Part shown: positions 63,780-64,000 of the stretch, one piece after another
How the letters are laid out: every line of letters starts with the position of its first letter
Position numbering within the stretch: position 1 is the stretch's first letter
Translations under genes and position numbers: made by a program
Origin: Bispira polyomma
Lineage: Eukaryota
Direction of reading: 5' to 3'
NCBI GenBank assembly: GCA_965649765.1
Contig: OZ287761.1
Span: forward strand, 3,596,001-3,660,000
DNA length: 64,000 nucleotides
Notes under the pieces: generated by a model
The model's database searches: none
The model's input: only the letters and a program-made list of their open reading frames with translations
Told to the model about the DNA's origin: nothing

Positions 63780-64000
63780 CTAACACACAAACACACGCAC
63801 ACAGCACAGCAAGTGTGGTTAATTAAGACGGGGAAGACAAAACGGTTTGGAAGCTAATTAACTTGACTGATTCTCATTACGTTCACACTTTTCAAAATGG
63901 CGGTAAGCATGTAGAATAGAATTGTCCTTTCAAAGGAACTTTTACACAAATGAATTGATAATTTAGGTAGTTTATGACAAAAAGAAGTCGTTTGTAATAA

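Overview
Eukaryotic (animal, probably lophotrochozoan/molluscan; inferred from SINE type and AT-rich introns) genomic DNA. The whole window is an internal part of one giant titin/Sallimus(kettin)-like muscle gene on the minus strand. From GT-AG boundaries and phase continuity I reconstructed 23 in-frame exons (about 24.4 kb, about 8,135 aa); the gene continues past both window edges. Transcript order: six tandem 135-nt exons; an acidic exon ending in an Ig domain; a linker; a split Ig; another Ig; three giant (5.5, 6.2, 4.4 kb) phase-1/1 Glu/Val/Thr-rich exons, each with its own repeat unit; two frame-coupled micro-exons; an SH3-ending exon; two Ig domains; an exon with ten DFRxxL motifs; a final Ig. 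Introns carry a tRNA-derived SINE family and several MITE families. Best leads: (1) intronic 'echo' copies of Ig half-exons that keep their donor sites and differ mostly at third codon positions; (2) the 10x DFRxxL array in an SH3-bearing titin-like gene; (3) candidate terminal or poison exons placed just before the giant spring exons; (4) a higher-order repeat inside a coding exon; (5) all recognised SINE copies lying in one orientation. Exon calls are predictions from sequence, without transcript data.
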